Shown in pieces: positions 10,402 to 23,087 of a stretch of 31,008 nucleotides of DNA. The stretch covers positions 152,343,971 to 152,374,978 of the forward strand of contig JANKJI020000002.1 in assembly GCA_024626585.2 (NCBI GenBank). Reading direction: 5' to 3'. A program made the position numbers and the translations under genes. This stretch comes from Ginkgo biloba. Lineage: Eukaryota > Plantae > Ginkgophyta. Position 1 is the stretch's first letter; every line of letters begins with the position of its first letter. The notes under the pieces were generated by a model that searched no databases, was not told the origin of the DNA, and worked only from the letters and a program-made list of their open reading frames with translations.

Positions 10402-12378
10402 TAAGAGTTCCTCTCCCATCCATTTATATTCATTATAGAAGCTTATATTATAGAAGAAAAGGTATTAAAGAATAAATTCCTATATGAGTGGAAAGTGAAA
10501 TATCATTACCACCTCATCCTACTATTAGATCCTATCATTTATAATCCATAGCCACACTATTCATATCACCTTAAACCTAAAATCTCATCCACTATTTATA
10601 TCACCTCACCTTAGACCTAAAACCTCATCAACTTTTCATAAGATGTAGTTTAGGTGCTTCTGGGTTGGGAAGCACTAATCTCACCCTTTGGGTTCTTTGT
10701 TTCTTATCAAGGTAAAATTGAGAGAAAGGAGAAGGCTCCCTCTCACTATCAGTCAATGAGTGATTATGAATAGACCCCTAAGGATTCCTCTTTCTCTTAT
10801 GTTAGTGAGAGTAAGTGAAAATTGGGTAGCTCATTCCATTTCTAATTAGGGTTGAACCAACAACATCCCCTAAAGAAATAGGAAGGGGAAAACCCACCCT
10901 TTGATCTTCCATTCTAGTATCAATATAGGTTTGAGGAGATATAGTTAGTAGTTGATCTTTAATCAAGGTGAAGTGATCATTTCATCTCCCTTGCCATGGA
11001 GGGTTAGGATGGCCATATTATTTACTTTTGGACCCATCCATAGGGTTTAATTTATCTATTAAGTGCTAATTCAAGAATTTGAGGTCACCAACCACATAAA
11101 TTCTATCTTCAAATATAGAATGTTTCAATCCTTAGTATTCCCCTCTCTACATTTGAGAAAGGTATAACCTTGGATCAACATGATAAGGACTTCATCCATT
11201 TCGTCCAAAGTTGTCATTCATTACTTTTTTATGATGGATCAATAACTTTATTCGTTGCACCACCAAAATAAAATCAATCCTTGGCCATCCTTCCCCTCTC
11301 TATGCTTGGAAAAGGTATAATATTTCTATGACAAGCATTTTTTACTTGGCCCAATCAAAGCATCCTTGATTATTCCTCAGGCTTATTCTTGGTTATAACT
11401 CTTTATATATATTCTATCTGACCAAGGTAATAACATAATTCAAAGGTCCTCATTCCCCATAAGATCCTTGGTGGAAAAATTTAGTTGGTTCTAGTTGGTG
11501 GGGAAAATTACTGAATCATAATTTTAGCTGCTCATCTCCTCTTGGTTAAGTGTCTAAAGACCAACTCCTTGTCCATTCCTTCTTATGATTCCTGAGTTCA
11601 TTGCTTTATCTTCTTGTATGCCTTACTCTTACTTATATTAATAGGTTATTTCTTTTATATGGGTCAAGAAGAATGGGTTTGAGATTATGTAGGACTTATC
11701 AAATGCCATACTTCTTCTAAGGATTAGCTTTGAATCGGTCACTTTAGAGCCAAAATAAAGCTTTAATAAAATGAGTGGACCAAGATAAGTAATTCATAGG
11801 GGGGGCTTATTGAGTCAACTGCTAGCTTAAAAATTGGTCATTTTTCCAACTATACAATATAAACTAATATACAATAATGGTAGCCATGGGTGGAGAAATA
11901 AGCTTGGGTTGAAGAAAGAAAGAAATCAATGTTGATCCACCTAACGAGGAAATAGAAGGACTCATATTTGGTGTCAATCATGCAATGGATAGTCATCTTG
12001 ATTGAGTGGTGTCATCAAAAATATCTTCAGTAGTGTCCTAATGATACTTGACACATCTTTGGTGAAATAACTACTAGAAAAGACCAATTTTCTATTAGGA
12101 AGAATATGTAGGTGGGGAATTATAGCAATTCCCCAACCTATAATTTTCTCATATCACAAACTAAAGAGGAGGTTGATATTACATTTTGATATTCAATGAT
12201 ATTAACTCATTCGATTAAGATTATTGATGAATGGACCTAATAGTTATTACCCAAAAACCCATATGACTAGACTCGGGGAAGGGAAATGAAAGGCTATGAA
12301 TTGAACACAAAGCATCCATGTTTCATCTAATCCCACTTTCCCCCAGACTATATTTAAATAATGAAGAATCCCTAACAA
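10402..12378 (-). pseudogene. Heavily decayed TE-derived coding relic, possibly an accessory ORF
   Basis: Patches such as LFKYSLGESGI, SSYFTKDVSSIIRTLLKIF and SPPYELLILVHSFY, plus an internal repeat at 153-nt spacing. No gag/pol motif recognised. Confidence 0.3.
10554..10629. repeat. Short tandem duplication (two units of about 36-40 bp)
   Basis: cactattcatatcaccttaaacctaaaatctcatc followed by cactatttatatcacctcaccttagacctaaaacctcatc. Confidence 0.75.
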
Positions 12379-14261
12379 NNNNNNNNNNNNNNNNNNNNNN
12401 NNNNNNNNNNNNNNNNNNNNNNNNNNNNNNNNNNNNNNNNNNNNNNNNNNNNNNNNNNNNNNNNNNNNNNNNNNNNNNGCGTATGCGTGTGCAATTAGCT
12501 TCGTGGGGGAGTATTCCCACTGCAGAGAAATCCGGAAAAGACAGAAGAGAGAAGTGTTTTAGGGGCGTGATTTCATTTTATTGCAGAAATTCTTTTTGCT
12601 TTTGAGTGATTTTTTAATTTTTAACTATTTTTGGGCAAAATCAATTTCGTCAGTCATCTCGTAGGGTGTTAGAATCAACAATGAACACTAAATCCTGGAC
12701 CTACATGTTGGTAACTGGCATGTTGTTCATATGACCTCATTCAGTAGGGACAAAATTAAAAAAAATATTTAGTGGTATTTTTTATGTTCAACTTTGACTG
12801 TTAAGGTGCTATAAATAGGGATTATCCCCTTCTTCCATCTGACTAGAGAGGGTTCTTACTATTGTTTATATTTTTTAATATCAATTTTTTATCAAAAATA
12901 GTTTAATTAAATAAAAAATTTTAAAAAAGAAAAAACTTTGTAAATTTTTCTTAAAATTTCTGGATTTTTGGACTGTTGTGCTACCATGTTACCTGTTGCA
13001 CTTTGATTTGGAGATTTCTTTTGCATATCAGTAGCTAGATCAGTTGTGAGACTTATATCATCTCCTCCTTGATGTCTTATAGCCACCTTTAGGTTTGTGG
13101 AATATTTTAGAATCCTTCCAATGTCCTAATATCACCGCAATCTCCTATGACCTCCTATAGCTTCTCATGTCCCTATAATCCTCCTTAATTCCTCTATAAC
13201 TCAACGATGGAACACTTGTATAGAATTGAATGGCCTTAAATCCCTCATAACCTTAAATTAACCCTCCCTTGAGTGTGCCACATGGACGGACCTATGCAAA
13301 GTTTCTCATGAGATCTGTATGGCATCTCAAGGATCTATGACTATTACACAATGAGTCTTACGACTATCCATAATGGCATCACCTATAGTGATAACCATAG
13401 GAAACTGTAACAACCTACACCTCCTGCCAACCCTCAATATTTTTCTATGGAATTAATAGCCTTTCACTTTAATGCACAATGCTTCCCATTGGGGATATAT
13501 GATCCTCCAAAATAGTCATGAACACTAATTTACAATGAACATATGTCAAGAANNNNNNNNNNNNNNNNNNNNNNNNNNNNNNNNNNNNNNNNNNNNNNNN
13601 NNNNNNNNNNNNNNNNNNNNNNNNNNNNNNNNNNNNNNNNNNNNNNNNNNNNTAAAAGTCACATTCTAAATTTGATTCAAAATAATATAAACATTAGACT
13701 TACCTTTTAATTTTTAATTTAAAATATTAGGCCACAATTTCAAAAGTCTAAATTTAACCTAATATAAACATTGCGATTATAACTCAAATTAAGGTTAGCG
13801 AATAACGAGTTTTGAATAAGTGTCGCTCTCTTCCGCCTGAGGATGCTAAAGTGTTCTATGGGGATTAACCGCTTTGGATGCCTTGTCACCGCGCCAAGAT
13901 AGGCCCTCCAAGAAGCGCAAGCTCAAGGACATATCGGACACCAGGGCTAATGGATCCCCCCCATACTAGAATGAGCTCCTCCACCATTCTCAGATCGGCT
14001 CCTTATCAATAGATAATGTTGTATAAGCCATTGATGCATTCTCTTCTTATGCATATTCCACTTGCAAATTACAGCTAAATATCCATTGTGTTGATGTCCT
14101 AGGGTGTTTCATAAAGGAAACCGTATCAGGTAATGGAGCTACCATTGACACTCTCCTCCTTTATATGGACCAAAAAAAACCATCAACGGGCGCCTGCACT
14201 TATCAGTAAAACACGATTAATGGCACAAACCCGTAATGCAAAGAATAAAAAATTAGAAATT

Positions 14262-14416
14262 GGCGTTTTCTTCATCGGACAAAAATTTTACCCATGCCAA
14301 ACCATAATACAGAGGCGTTGCATCACTGGACAAAATTTTACCCACACCAAACCATAATACAGAAGCGTTGCATCACTGGATAGAATTTTACCCACGCTAA
14401 ACCATAATACAGAGGT
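14262..14416. repeat. 50-bp tandem repeat, about 3 copies
   Basis: accataatacaga recurs at 14301, 14351 and 14401. Unit: gcgttgcatcactggacaaaattttacccacaccaaaccataatacagaR. Confidence 0.92.
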
Positions 14417-14959
14417 TTTGCTGTAAGCGAGAGGTTATGGGTTTGGGTCCCATCAGGCGTGCCAAAATGTGCACACTGTTAATCTGTCAGGGAATTGTAA
14501 ACGAAGCAGAAAATCCAAGAATAAATAGAGGCACCTCTAANNNNNNNNNNNNNNTCGGATTGGTGTGAATGTCTGTTGCTGGGATCAGTGGAAGGTGCAA
14601 CAAGCAGGGCTAGAGATGGATGTCGAGATTGATGAGTGGATTTGATGGTTGTGTGTATGATGCTAGTTCGATAGATCCCCCCAATAAATTCTAGATGATC
14701 CATTTTTATGGCTTCGGGTGAATTTTTGCGAGAATTGAATCGTCTTCTCCTTCATCCCCTCGTCTTCTTCAATTTTCTTTNNNNNNNNNNNNNNNNNNNN
14801 NNNNNNNNNNNNNNNNNNNNNNNNNNNNNNNNNNNNNNNNNNNNNNNNNNNNNNNNNNNNNNNNNNNNNNNNNNNNNNNNATCTATATATAAATAAGAGT
14901 AAATAAAAGGTGCCACATAGAAAAATCTAGTGAAACATAGATTTATCTTATCAAACCAC

Positions 14960-15460
14960 TAAGGAATTTTTAGACAACTTCATTGGATTTATGTCAAAAT
15001 ATTTATTCTTAGGGAAAAATTGATGACACAAGGCATTGTATAACCTTTAGGAAATTATTAGAGGGTGATATAATAGAGGACTAGGAATCTCTTAAACTCG
15101 AAGGATGAGATAAATAATTTTAAAATCTATAATCCAAGCTCAGGCAGAACAATGGCATGAAAACATGAATAGGATCCTTGCACTACTTGCAATACTAAAA
15201 AAGAGTAACTCATATTTTATTAGTGGAACCCAAGTTCCTTATAATTCTTTTAGTAAAGGGGGTCCCCTTAATTGTGAGTAATAAAGGGATGTGTTGGAAA
15301 CAACATAATGCATTCCATGTGTTGTTGGGAAGGTTATGGTAGTATGATAGGAAGGCAGTCCATGATGTGATAGCTAATACATAATTTTTTACTAAGGATG
15401 AAACCCAATTTTGACTTCTCCCTTTGAAAGAAGAAGAATCCAATGAAGTGATACTATCTA
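14960..15460 (+). mobile_element. Decayed Ty3/Gypsy gag-protease fragment (CRM-like)
   Basis: AFHVLLGRLW*YDRKAVHDVIANT*FFTKDETQF*LLPLKEE (~15310-15435) matches the protease C-terminal ACHILLGRPWQYDR.A.HDG..NTY.F.KDG motif. The upstream gag remnants are weak. Confidence 0.7.
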
Positions 15461-16749
15461 CCAAGGAGTTTATGAGGAATGTAAAGGTGATTTGATAATG
15501 TTATTCTTTTATGGTAGAGAAGGTAGTAAAGTCAATTAATATACCTTTGGGTGAGACCATATAAGGGAAAGGTGAGAAGGAACATGAATAAGTTCCATGT
15601 AAGGGACAAGAAGAAGAATTAATGATATAGGAGACTAAACTAAAGCTAAAATTTATAGTTGGTATAGAAGAAGTTGAAGTGAATGGATAAAGCAAGTTAT
15701 AGAAGTTTGATTCACATGACCTAAGGGTTTTATAGGAGGATGATATGATGTCCTTTAATAATGAAGAGAATAATGAAGACCTGAAGAACTATGGAAAAGA
15801 ATTATTTCTTTCTAACAAATTTATAGGTGGCCTTAATAAATTGAGAAGGCCTTATGAGAAGGATATATTTAATATGTATATTCTTGACGATAAACTTGTG
15901 GATGATGTTGATGACCATATTAAGAATTATTTTATAGATGAAATGGGAATACCTATATAGAAAGTAGATGATATAAGATCATCGAGGCAACACCTTGTAG
16001 GTGTGCATAATTTTATTTTGTAGGAACAGTGGTCTTATGTGAAGTGCATATGAGTTTTCAAGTTATAGGTCCCTTATGCTAACGAGAGAGTCGAGGTCCT
16101 AGGGAAGTAGGGAGCATATGTGAAAGGATTCTACATCATTTTGGACCCAATAGATTATTAAGAGGGGTGTAATTATAATATTGGGTACTGTAGGTTGGGG
16201 CATGGAGTGAGAAGGTGATGAGAAAGGTTGATGTCTTATGTTTTGTTATCTTAGGATTTGAGAATCAATGGGACCCACCTAAGAGAAAGACAAAGATAAA
16301 TAATGAATAATGGACATCATAAAATTAGGGTTCTCAATGAAGGATACCTCCTTTTAGAATCATGAATCTATAGACTTGATTATGCATTCAAATAGGGTTA
16401 ATACCTAAGAAGGATTGAAAAGGAGTATATCAGGCTATTGGGCCACTGAGAGCTTGAAGTGTTGACAAGACATAACCTAGTATATGTCCAATGTGGCAGA
16501 CCCAATGAGGATTATATCTAAATATATGAAGGAATCATTTAATATAGGAAGATACACTTATTGAAGGAATTTATGAAGATTTTAATAAAGCATGAGAAAC
16601 CAACAAATGTTAAACATGGATCATTTATGATTCAACCAACCATTGAAGAGGGAAGCTAAACTTGGACTAAAAAATACATGAAAGGATTATCCTTATAGTA
16701 GATGAAAGTTTATTAGATATGTTAGAATTGGATTTAAATGTTGTAAATA

Positions 16750-17508
16750 TATGTTGTTGACCCTGAGAGATCAAGTATAAAGAGCCAAAAAATTGATGAG
16801 ATAAGGGTTGGTAGTTCAGGGTTGGTAGTTTAGGGTTGGAAATTTAGGATTGGAAAATCAAGGGTTGGGTCAGATGGGTAGAATCATTAGTGGACTAGTT
16901 TCTTCACTTGAGTAGTAGAGGATTGGAACATATTGGTAGGATTTCTAAGGGAGAGATAGTTGGGGTGGTAGAGAGAAAGAAGGAGAGTGAGAGAGAGATC
17001 CCCATGGTGGCGAGGAGGAGTTATGCTTAGAAGATCTCAAAGAGGAGTTGTTATAGTAGTATATTATGGGAGGTAGTACCTTATGGAATGATTGTAGAAT
17101 AGGAAATTAATTAGGGAATACATTGTATAACTCTATGTTGTGAATTTTAATCACCTCTAGTAGTGAGGTTGACACCAAGCAGGCGATGATAAAAATTGAT
17201 ATAATATTTGAAGAACAAACTAATTTACTTGGAGTTTGATTCCCCCTGAGGGTTTCTCTAGTTGAAAACATCATATGTTTTTCCATTGTATGTGTTTCTA
17301 TGATTTTCATATTCATTTTATCCTATTATTATGATTTATGAATGTGTCAAGTGGTGATCAAATTATTTATGTGGGTGATCCTGATGCTCAGGGATCGAGT
17401 TGACAGCATCGACTCACCCTATTTTAAAAGTTCCTATAAGATGGGAAGGTGTTGGTGATCATGAATTGGTCAAGGTGGTTATCGTCTACACCCTGATTCC
17501 TACTATCA
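16750..17508 (+). mobile_element. LTR (5' type; start approximate)
   Basis: Carries the shared GGAGTTTGATTCCC..GAGGGTTTCTC motif (17229-17268), ends ...TACTATCA at 17508 and is followed by a PBS. Confidence 0.7.
16804..16870. repeat. 14-bp minisatellite, about 5 units
   Basis: agggttggtagttc agggttggtagttt agggttggaaattt aggattggaaaatca agggttgggt. Confidence 0.8.
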
Positions 17509-17510
17509 TC

Positions 17511-17523
17511 TAGTATTAGAGCC
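17511..17523 (+). other. Primer binding site (tRNA-iMet), degenerate
   Basis: TAGTATTAGAGCC versus canonical TGGTATCAGAGCC (two transitions), 2 nt after the LTR-terminal CA. Confidence 0.7.
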
Positions 17524-17739
17524 AAGGGTTGTAACTTGATAAGAAGAGAGATTTGATACTATCAACTAGTATCAAACCACTACTAAAGGTTGTAGAGAAG
17601 AAATTCAAGAAAAAAAAAAAAAAAGATATTATTCAGAGGNNNNNNNNNNNNNNNNNNNNNNNNNNNNNNNNNNNNNNNNNNNNNNNNNNNNNNNNNNNNN
17701 NNNNNNNNNNNNNNNNNNNNNNNNNNNNNNNNNNNNNNN

Positions 17740-19308
17740 TTTTATATTTGCATTTCCCACTCTACCCTTACCGATAACAACTCCACCAACCATATCGCAT
17801 GCCACCATTAATACCTTAGCTTCTCTTAGTTTTTATACCCATATATTCACAAATCCAATTGAGTATTAACTATTGACCCCATTAATTGTATTAGAGGCCT
17901 TTGTTGCCCTGGGTTTCTCTAATGTTGTTTCCAACTCTAAAGAGTCAGCCAATACCCCTACTCTAAGTTCTTCCTATCCTTTTCCATTTCTAGTGAATCT
18001 ACCATGGCCTCATTATCCATCTCCTCTACCCCTTCCCAACTGAGTGTTGCCACATCCCTTGATCCCTTAGCCCAGACATTGAGAAAATAATAGTATATAC
18101 ACATGCAGTTATCTTAGGTGGAGAAGATGGATATAACCACTCCTAGACACCCTAAGGTGATCGTAGAATATGATAAATCCACAAAAATTATGAAAAAGGT
18201 CACTAAGAGAAGGATTAAGATAGGTGAACAGGTAACCACCTTTTAAATAGAAGAAAATATCCTATCCTTGATAAGGAAGAGAAAGAGAGGGACTAAAGGA
18301 ATAGGTGTGGATGATAGGGAGTTTGTGGTTAACCCAGTATCCATAGTGAGGTAAGCCAACAAGATGTTAGAGAAAGCTATAGAAAAGATACATATCAAGT
18401 TATCGTAAGCTCATGACAAGATTGTAGTGCCCCCATATGTGGACATGGAAATTAAAAGGTCCCTTAAAGACTTGTATAAATCCTTTGTATAGGTTGAATA
18501 GGCTAAACCTAAAGGCATTGAAGCTTATCACAATATTCAGATCTCATTAGACTAAATCGAGGAATGGGAGACCAAGATGAAAACCTTAGGAAATGTTGAT
18601 CGCAGAAACCTACTCCATAATATTCCACTCTTAGGCTTGGATGAGGTTGTCACCTGTCAAAATGTCTTGGACAAATCAAAATAGGTTTTGGAAGATGGGA
18701 GCACTCTACTAGTAACATCAAATAGCCACCTATAATCATCCTTTTAAATTATCCCCTTATTATTTAATAGTTTGAGACTTCCCCAAGGAGTGAAATATAA
18801 CAACACCTTGTGCGTAGAGGTAAAGTTTGAAGCCAATCTTAGTGATTTTCTAGGTCAATTCTCTAGGAAAATGGAATCAGTAGAAGAGCAAGGCGACCAG
18901 GACATTCATAAATTTATTGATAATGTTACGAGGAAGGCTGAGAGGGACTAATACATCAAGGAATTTCTAAACCCTGTTCTATCACAACATACCAAGATAG
19001 TGTCAAGGGAAGTCTATAGAATTAAAGATCCTATTATAAACACCAATCGGATTGATACTAACTATGATAAATTCCTATCATCTAAAGAAAAAAGTAAAGG
19101 GCCACCCATATGATCTCCCCCAGTTATCTCGCAGATGGGAGTGGTCCTACTTCACATGATCTATAAGGATGTCTGTGATAGGTTACTTGCCCTTGTAGAA
19201 GCCAATTCAGGAGTCTTACAGGTGGCCTTGGGGTATAATGATTTGAGTGTAGAGAATATTTTATAAAGAAAATATGAAGGGGTATCACCCCCAAAAATGA
19301 TTTTGTAA
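17740..19308 (+). pseudogene. Large TE accessory ORF relic, copy 1 (Ser/Pro/Thr-rich region, conserved block with KRKR, helical C-terminus)
   Basis: About 400 codons in one frame from ~18080 with scattered stops: HMQLS*VEKMDITTPRHPKVIVEYDKSTKIMKKVTKRRIKIGEQVTTF*IEENILSLIRKRKRG...SLKDLYKSFV..LD*IEEWETKMKTL. Aligns to copies 2 and 3. Confidence 0.75.
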
Positions 19309-19757
19309 CTCTAGTTTTGTTTTAACTATGGTTAGTTCGTTCTATTGAAGGAAGGAATAAAAGGATGAGGCTATGTCCCACCAAAAAGAAATGAAAATAA
19401 ATGGAAGGAAAAGGGGGAAAACTTCTTTCAGACTCTCTAGGATCACTTTCCTCTCTCTCCCTCTCTCTCTCACTCCTTTTTCTTGAATTCTAGTAGAATG
19501 CAATACAAAAAGGATCTTCTTTAATTAAAATAGGGGGATAAATAATTAAAGGATATAAGAAGTTTTATCTTATGGAATCTCTAGTTTTCTTTATTTTTAT
19601 ACATTTTAGTAATAGTTCACATTCTTATTATTAAGGAATGGAATGAATATTATTGTTNNNNNNNNNNNNNNNNNNNNNNNNNNNNNNNNNNNNNNNNNNN
19701 NNNNNNNNNNNNNNNNNNNNNNNNNNNNNNNNNNNNNNNNNNNNNNNNNNNNNNNNN

Positions 19758-20533
19758 GAATCAATGAGTTCGTTGATTCACGGTTGAACAATTATTTGTT
19801 GTTGTTGGTTGGTGCACCTGAGCACTGGTTCATAGGGTCACTAAGTAATGGCTAAGAGAGAGAGAGAGAAGTAGAGTAGAGAAGAGAAAGTTTCATAGGT
19901 TTATGACGTATTTAGAGAAGTGGAGCAGTGTAAGATGTGGAAAGCCTTTGCTTGAGAGAGCTCGAGCATTTCTATCCAGTTGTGATTAGAGGTGAGTGTT
20001 GAGGAGTGTTGATAGAGTCTATCATAGATTTATACCCAATGAAAGTTATAATTCCCTACGGTAGTGAGGTTGTAAGCTATGGAGGCATTTGAAATAAAGG
20101 TGGAGGTCTCACTATTGGTTAATACGAGAATTTGGAGTTTTATTCCCCGATAGGGTTTCTCCAGTTAAAAAGTTATGTGTCATATATTGCATTTTCCTAA
20201 GTGTCAAGTTGAAATACTTTCTTATCTATTAATTCACTTTATCAAATAATTTATTTTACTTATTAGATTAGCTTGGCTGCATTTTCATATTCTTCTTGCG
20301 GGTCACCAATGAATGATTCATTGACGTGTCTGGTAGAGCTATACCGTAGCGTCAATGAGTTGTAGCCAAAAGATCCTATAAGGGTAGAGTGGCAGTGATA
20401 GAGAAGGTTCAGGATGAAGCATTGGATGTTAGTGTTAGCTAGGCTAACATTGACTATCAGCGTTGGAGAGGTCAACAAACATCGATCGAAGATCGATGCA
20501 GTTAGTTTATAATGTCATCCTACTCCCCCTACA
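19758..20533 (+). mobile_element. LTR (5' type, start lost in gap)
   Basis: Shared motif at 20131-20171. Ends ...CCCCCTACA at 20533 and is followed by a PBS. Confidence 0.8.
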
Positions 20534-20537
20534 TTAG

Positions 20538-20549
20538 TGGCATCAGAGC
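20538..20549 (+). other. Primer binding site (tRNA-iMet)
   Basis: TGGCATCAGAGC versus TGGTATCAGAGC (one mismatch), 4 nt after the LTR-terminal CA. Confidence 0.85.
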
Positions 20550-21001
20550 TTAGTTGTAGAGCCAAGTATCAATGTTTTTAGAGCCTAGAGCATATTTATA
20601 GAGAATAGAGTATAGATTTTGGTTGTTGATCATAACATAGTGACAGAGTATATCAGTCAAGTTTATCATCCTAATGGCACCTTGGGTTGATAAGATGCTG
20701 GTATAGTTGTTGGAAAGTCTTGTACAGAAGGTGAATGGCTTGGAAGAAGAATTAAGCAGTTAACAAACAATACCAAAAGAAGAAAAGAAGAAAAGGATAT
20801 AGAACCAAGGCTTAGTAGAGAGGAAGTTAGACCCTTGAGATAGAGTGTGGATGAAGCAGTCATCCAAGAAACTGGGAGTTCAAAGGGAAAGGCTAAAGTG
20901 GNNNNNNNNNNNNNNNNNNNNNNNNNNNNNNNNNNNNNNNNNNNNNNNNNNNNNNNNNNNNNNNNNNNNNNNNNNNNNNNNNNNNNNNNNNNNNNNNNNN
21001 N

Positions 21002-23087
21002 TGATCTTAAACCTCCACAGTAATGCCCTAGAGGTGAGGTACTCCTCTTAGGGTTAAATAACACAGGCACCACGCAGGGAGCCGAAAGACACAAGAAAAA
21101 AACTTTGGACACCATGCAGGGAGTCGAGATAACACATGCAAAAAAAAAAAACTCTACAATAGACAAAACCCTAGCCAGAAACCTTGTAGGGAGATGAGGT
21201 GTAAGACACATTGTGCAACAAGATGCCCCATAGGGAAGCATAACAAAGAAAATAAAATGGTGCCATCCATGAGCAAGAAACCTACACACAATATATGGGC
21301 TTGAAGTCATTGAGATGTCAAAGGCAAAGAAGCCAAGCATACACCACTGTCTCCAAACCCTTCTCTCAAACCCACTAGCCAAATGCCGACAAGCACACCG
21401 AAGGTGAGAACATTCAATTCAAAGGAGTACCAATCCAACAAGGCTTACACATTCCCTCAAAGCAACCAGAACCAAAGAGACTCCACCTAAGTCCAACAAG
21501 CCACCCTCCATAGGAGTACACCAAGCGCCAAAGCTGGGAGAACGAGCATCCACGGTGAAAATCAAAATAGGCTCACCACCGCTAGTAGAGGAGAACTCTC
21601 AACCACAGTAGAGACACAACCTTCAAGTGCAAATAGGGAATGTCCCAGCCATGGGTACTAGAGACAAGAGCTCCACCATAAACCCTAGCCGCAAACACCA
21701 AGAGTAGAAATTGGGCTATCTGCCATAAGCACCATCCTTCAAGCACCAGACCAATCCCAGACTCTCCATTGCATACTACTAGGTCAAGGCCTCCATGGAC
21801 CCTTGACCCACCCTCACACAGAGTGACATCGAAGCCTATGACCTCTCTGATGTTGAGGGAAAGCACCTCCATCGCCACCATCAAACCCTAGCATAGCCGG
21901 GTTCATGGATCCTCAACTTCTGATCTTCGCAATCAAACTTATTACTAAAATTTTATAGAAATTAGAAGCAAAAGGGTGAAATAAGAACAACAAATTTGAT
22001 CAAGGACAACTTGGGTCAAATGTACTCCGATTGACCTTGGACTTGTCCCATTAGATTCATCTTTGAGAAATCTTTCCAAAATATATGACACTTGATATTT
22101 TCAATCATGAACAAGGCAATAACATCATTTTTTTAAGTGAAGGTTCTGTTGGAGGCTAAATATGGAGAGTGGTTTGTTGGAAGCATTTTAGAAACCCTAA
22201 GAAAAAAGAAAATTTGCAATGACATGATTGAGGAAGCCATTAGAATAATAAAGAGACCAAGGAAGGATTATAACTATTTAAAGTAATCATCATAAGGGGT
22301 CTAAAACCTATTGGTAGGCCATTTCTATATTGTAAGTTTGTTGGGGCTCATTGTAATGATTTCTACTACATTTTCATTTAGTCACTCATGTATAAATTAG
22401 TTAACATTCCCCACACAGACAAGTTTTCTTTTTGTTTCAACATAATTCATAGTGTAGTATCCTATGGTACAACCCACTGCAACATGAGAGGATCTATAAG
22501 GTATCTTGATGCAAGGCACTAGTGGCGGTCCTCCACTTACAATAGCACTTGGTCAAATCTAGGTGCTAGTGTACACACCCTCACACCATCCAAATACCAA
22601 TATCACCACAAGGTGAACTAAGTGTAAGCCTTATGAACTAAGGGCCACTTCACATGGTTTGATTATAGTACCTTTGGACTCCTCTAAGATAGATGTTCCT
22701 CACTGGTCTTACACCACATACTTGAATCCACCACACAAATAATATTCTCTCCTATCCATGCTTCACAAAAAAAAATTTCTCCACGGCACCTTGTATCTCT
22801 TCAAACAAACGGTGGGCATTCCTCCTTATCGAGCATGATTTTCTTTATGAATGGTGCTTATCCTTCAATTTTATTCTAACAAATTTGAGATTTGTAAGCG
22901 AGCTATTCTTCCATATATCCAACACAAATCACTACAATCATTCGATGACTACTTCAAAAGGAAACATGAAAATTCTTTAATATTTTCCACGAATTTTCTT
23001 TCACTAGAAATTATCTTAGGGTTTTGGTTTTGAATTTGTCTTCAAATATGAATACTACAAACAAGGGTTTTAAAACCCTAACTTGAT
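21002..23087. mobile_element. Non-coding retroelement-like sequence (LTR/internal mosaic)
   Basis: aaaccctag motifs, a U3-like block ttagattcatctttgagaaatctttccaaaa, a TATA-like ctatttaaag (~22274) and a possible ...TTAACA end near 22406. No diagnostic boundary pair. Confidence 0.35.

Noticed and set aside
12479-13552. Possible DNA-transposon end (tgtgctaccatg ~12977-12988) followed by an LTR-like TGTTGCA start
   Set aside because: No partner terminal repeat, target-site duplication or transposase is visible, so I cannot support a call.
14262-14416. 50-bp repeat as a mini-CRISPR, or ORF 14133-14357 as a gene
   Set aside because: The whole unit is repeated with no unique spacers, and the ORF simply reads into the repeat.
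16804-16870. Telomere-like TTTAGGG/TTCAGGG
   Set aside because: The period is 14 bp rather than 7, so this is an LTR-associated minisatellite and not an interstitial telomere.
19451-19871. Short (CT)n and (GA)n runs at ~19451-19475 and ~19855-19869
   Set aside because: They are short, imperfect and common in plant LTR regions, so not informative.
20660-20901. Possible gag N-terminus after the PBS
   Set aside because: The position fits, but the peptide has no diagnostic motif and is cut by a gap.
20666-21382. Longest listed ORF (238 aa, minus strand) and other ORFs containing X runs
   Set aside because: They stay open only by reading through 100-N gaps that join unrelated contigs.
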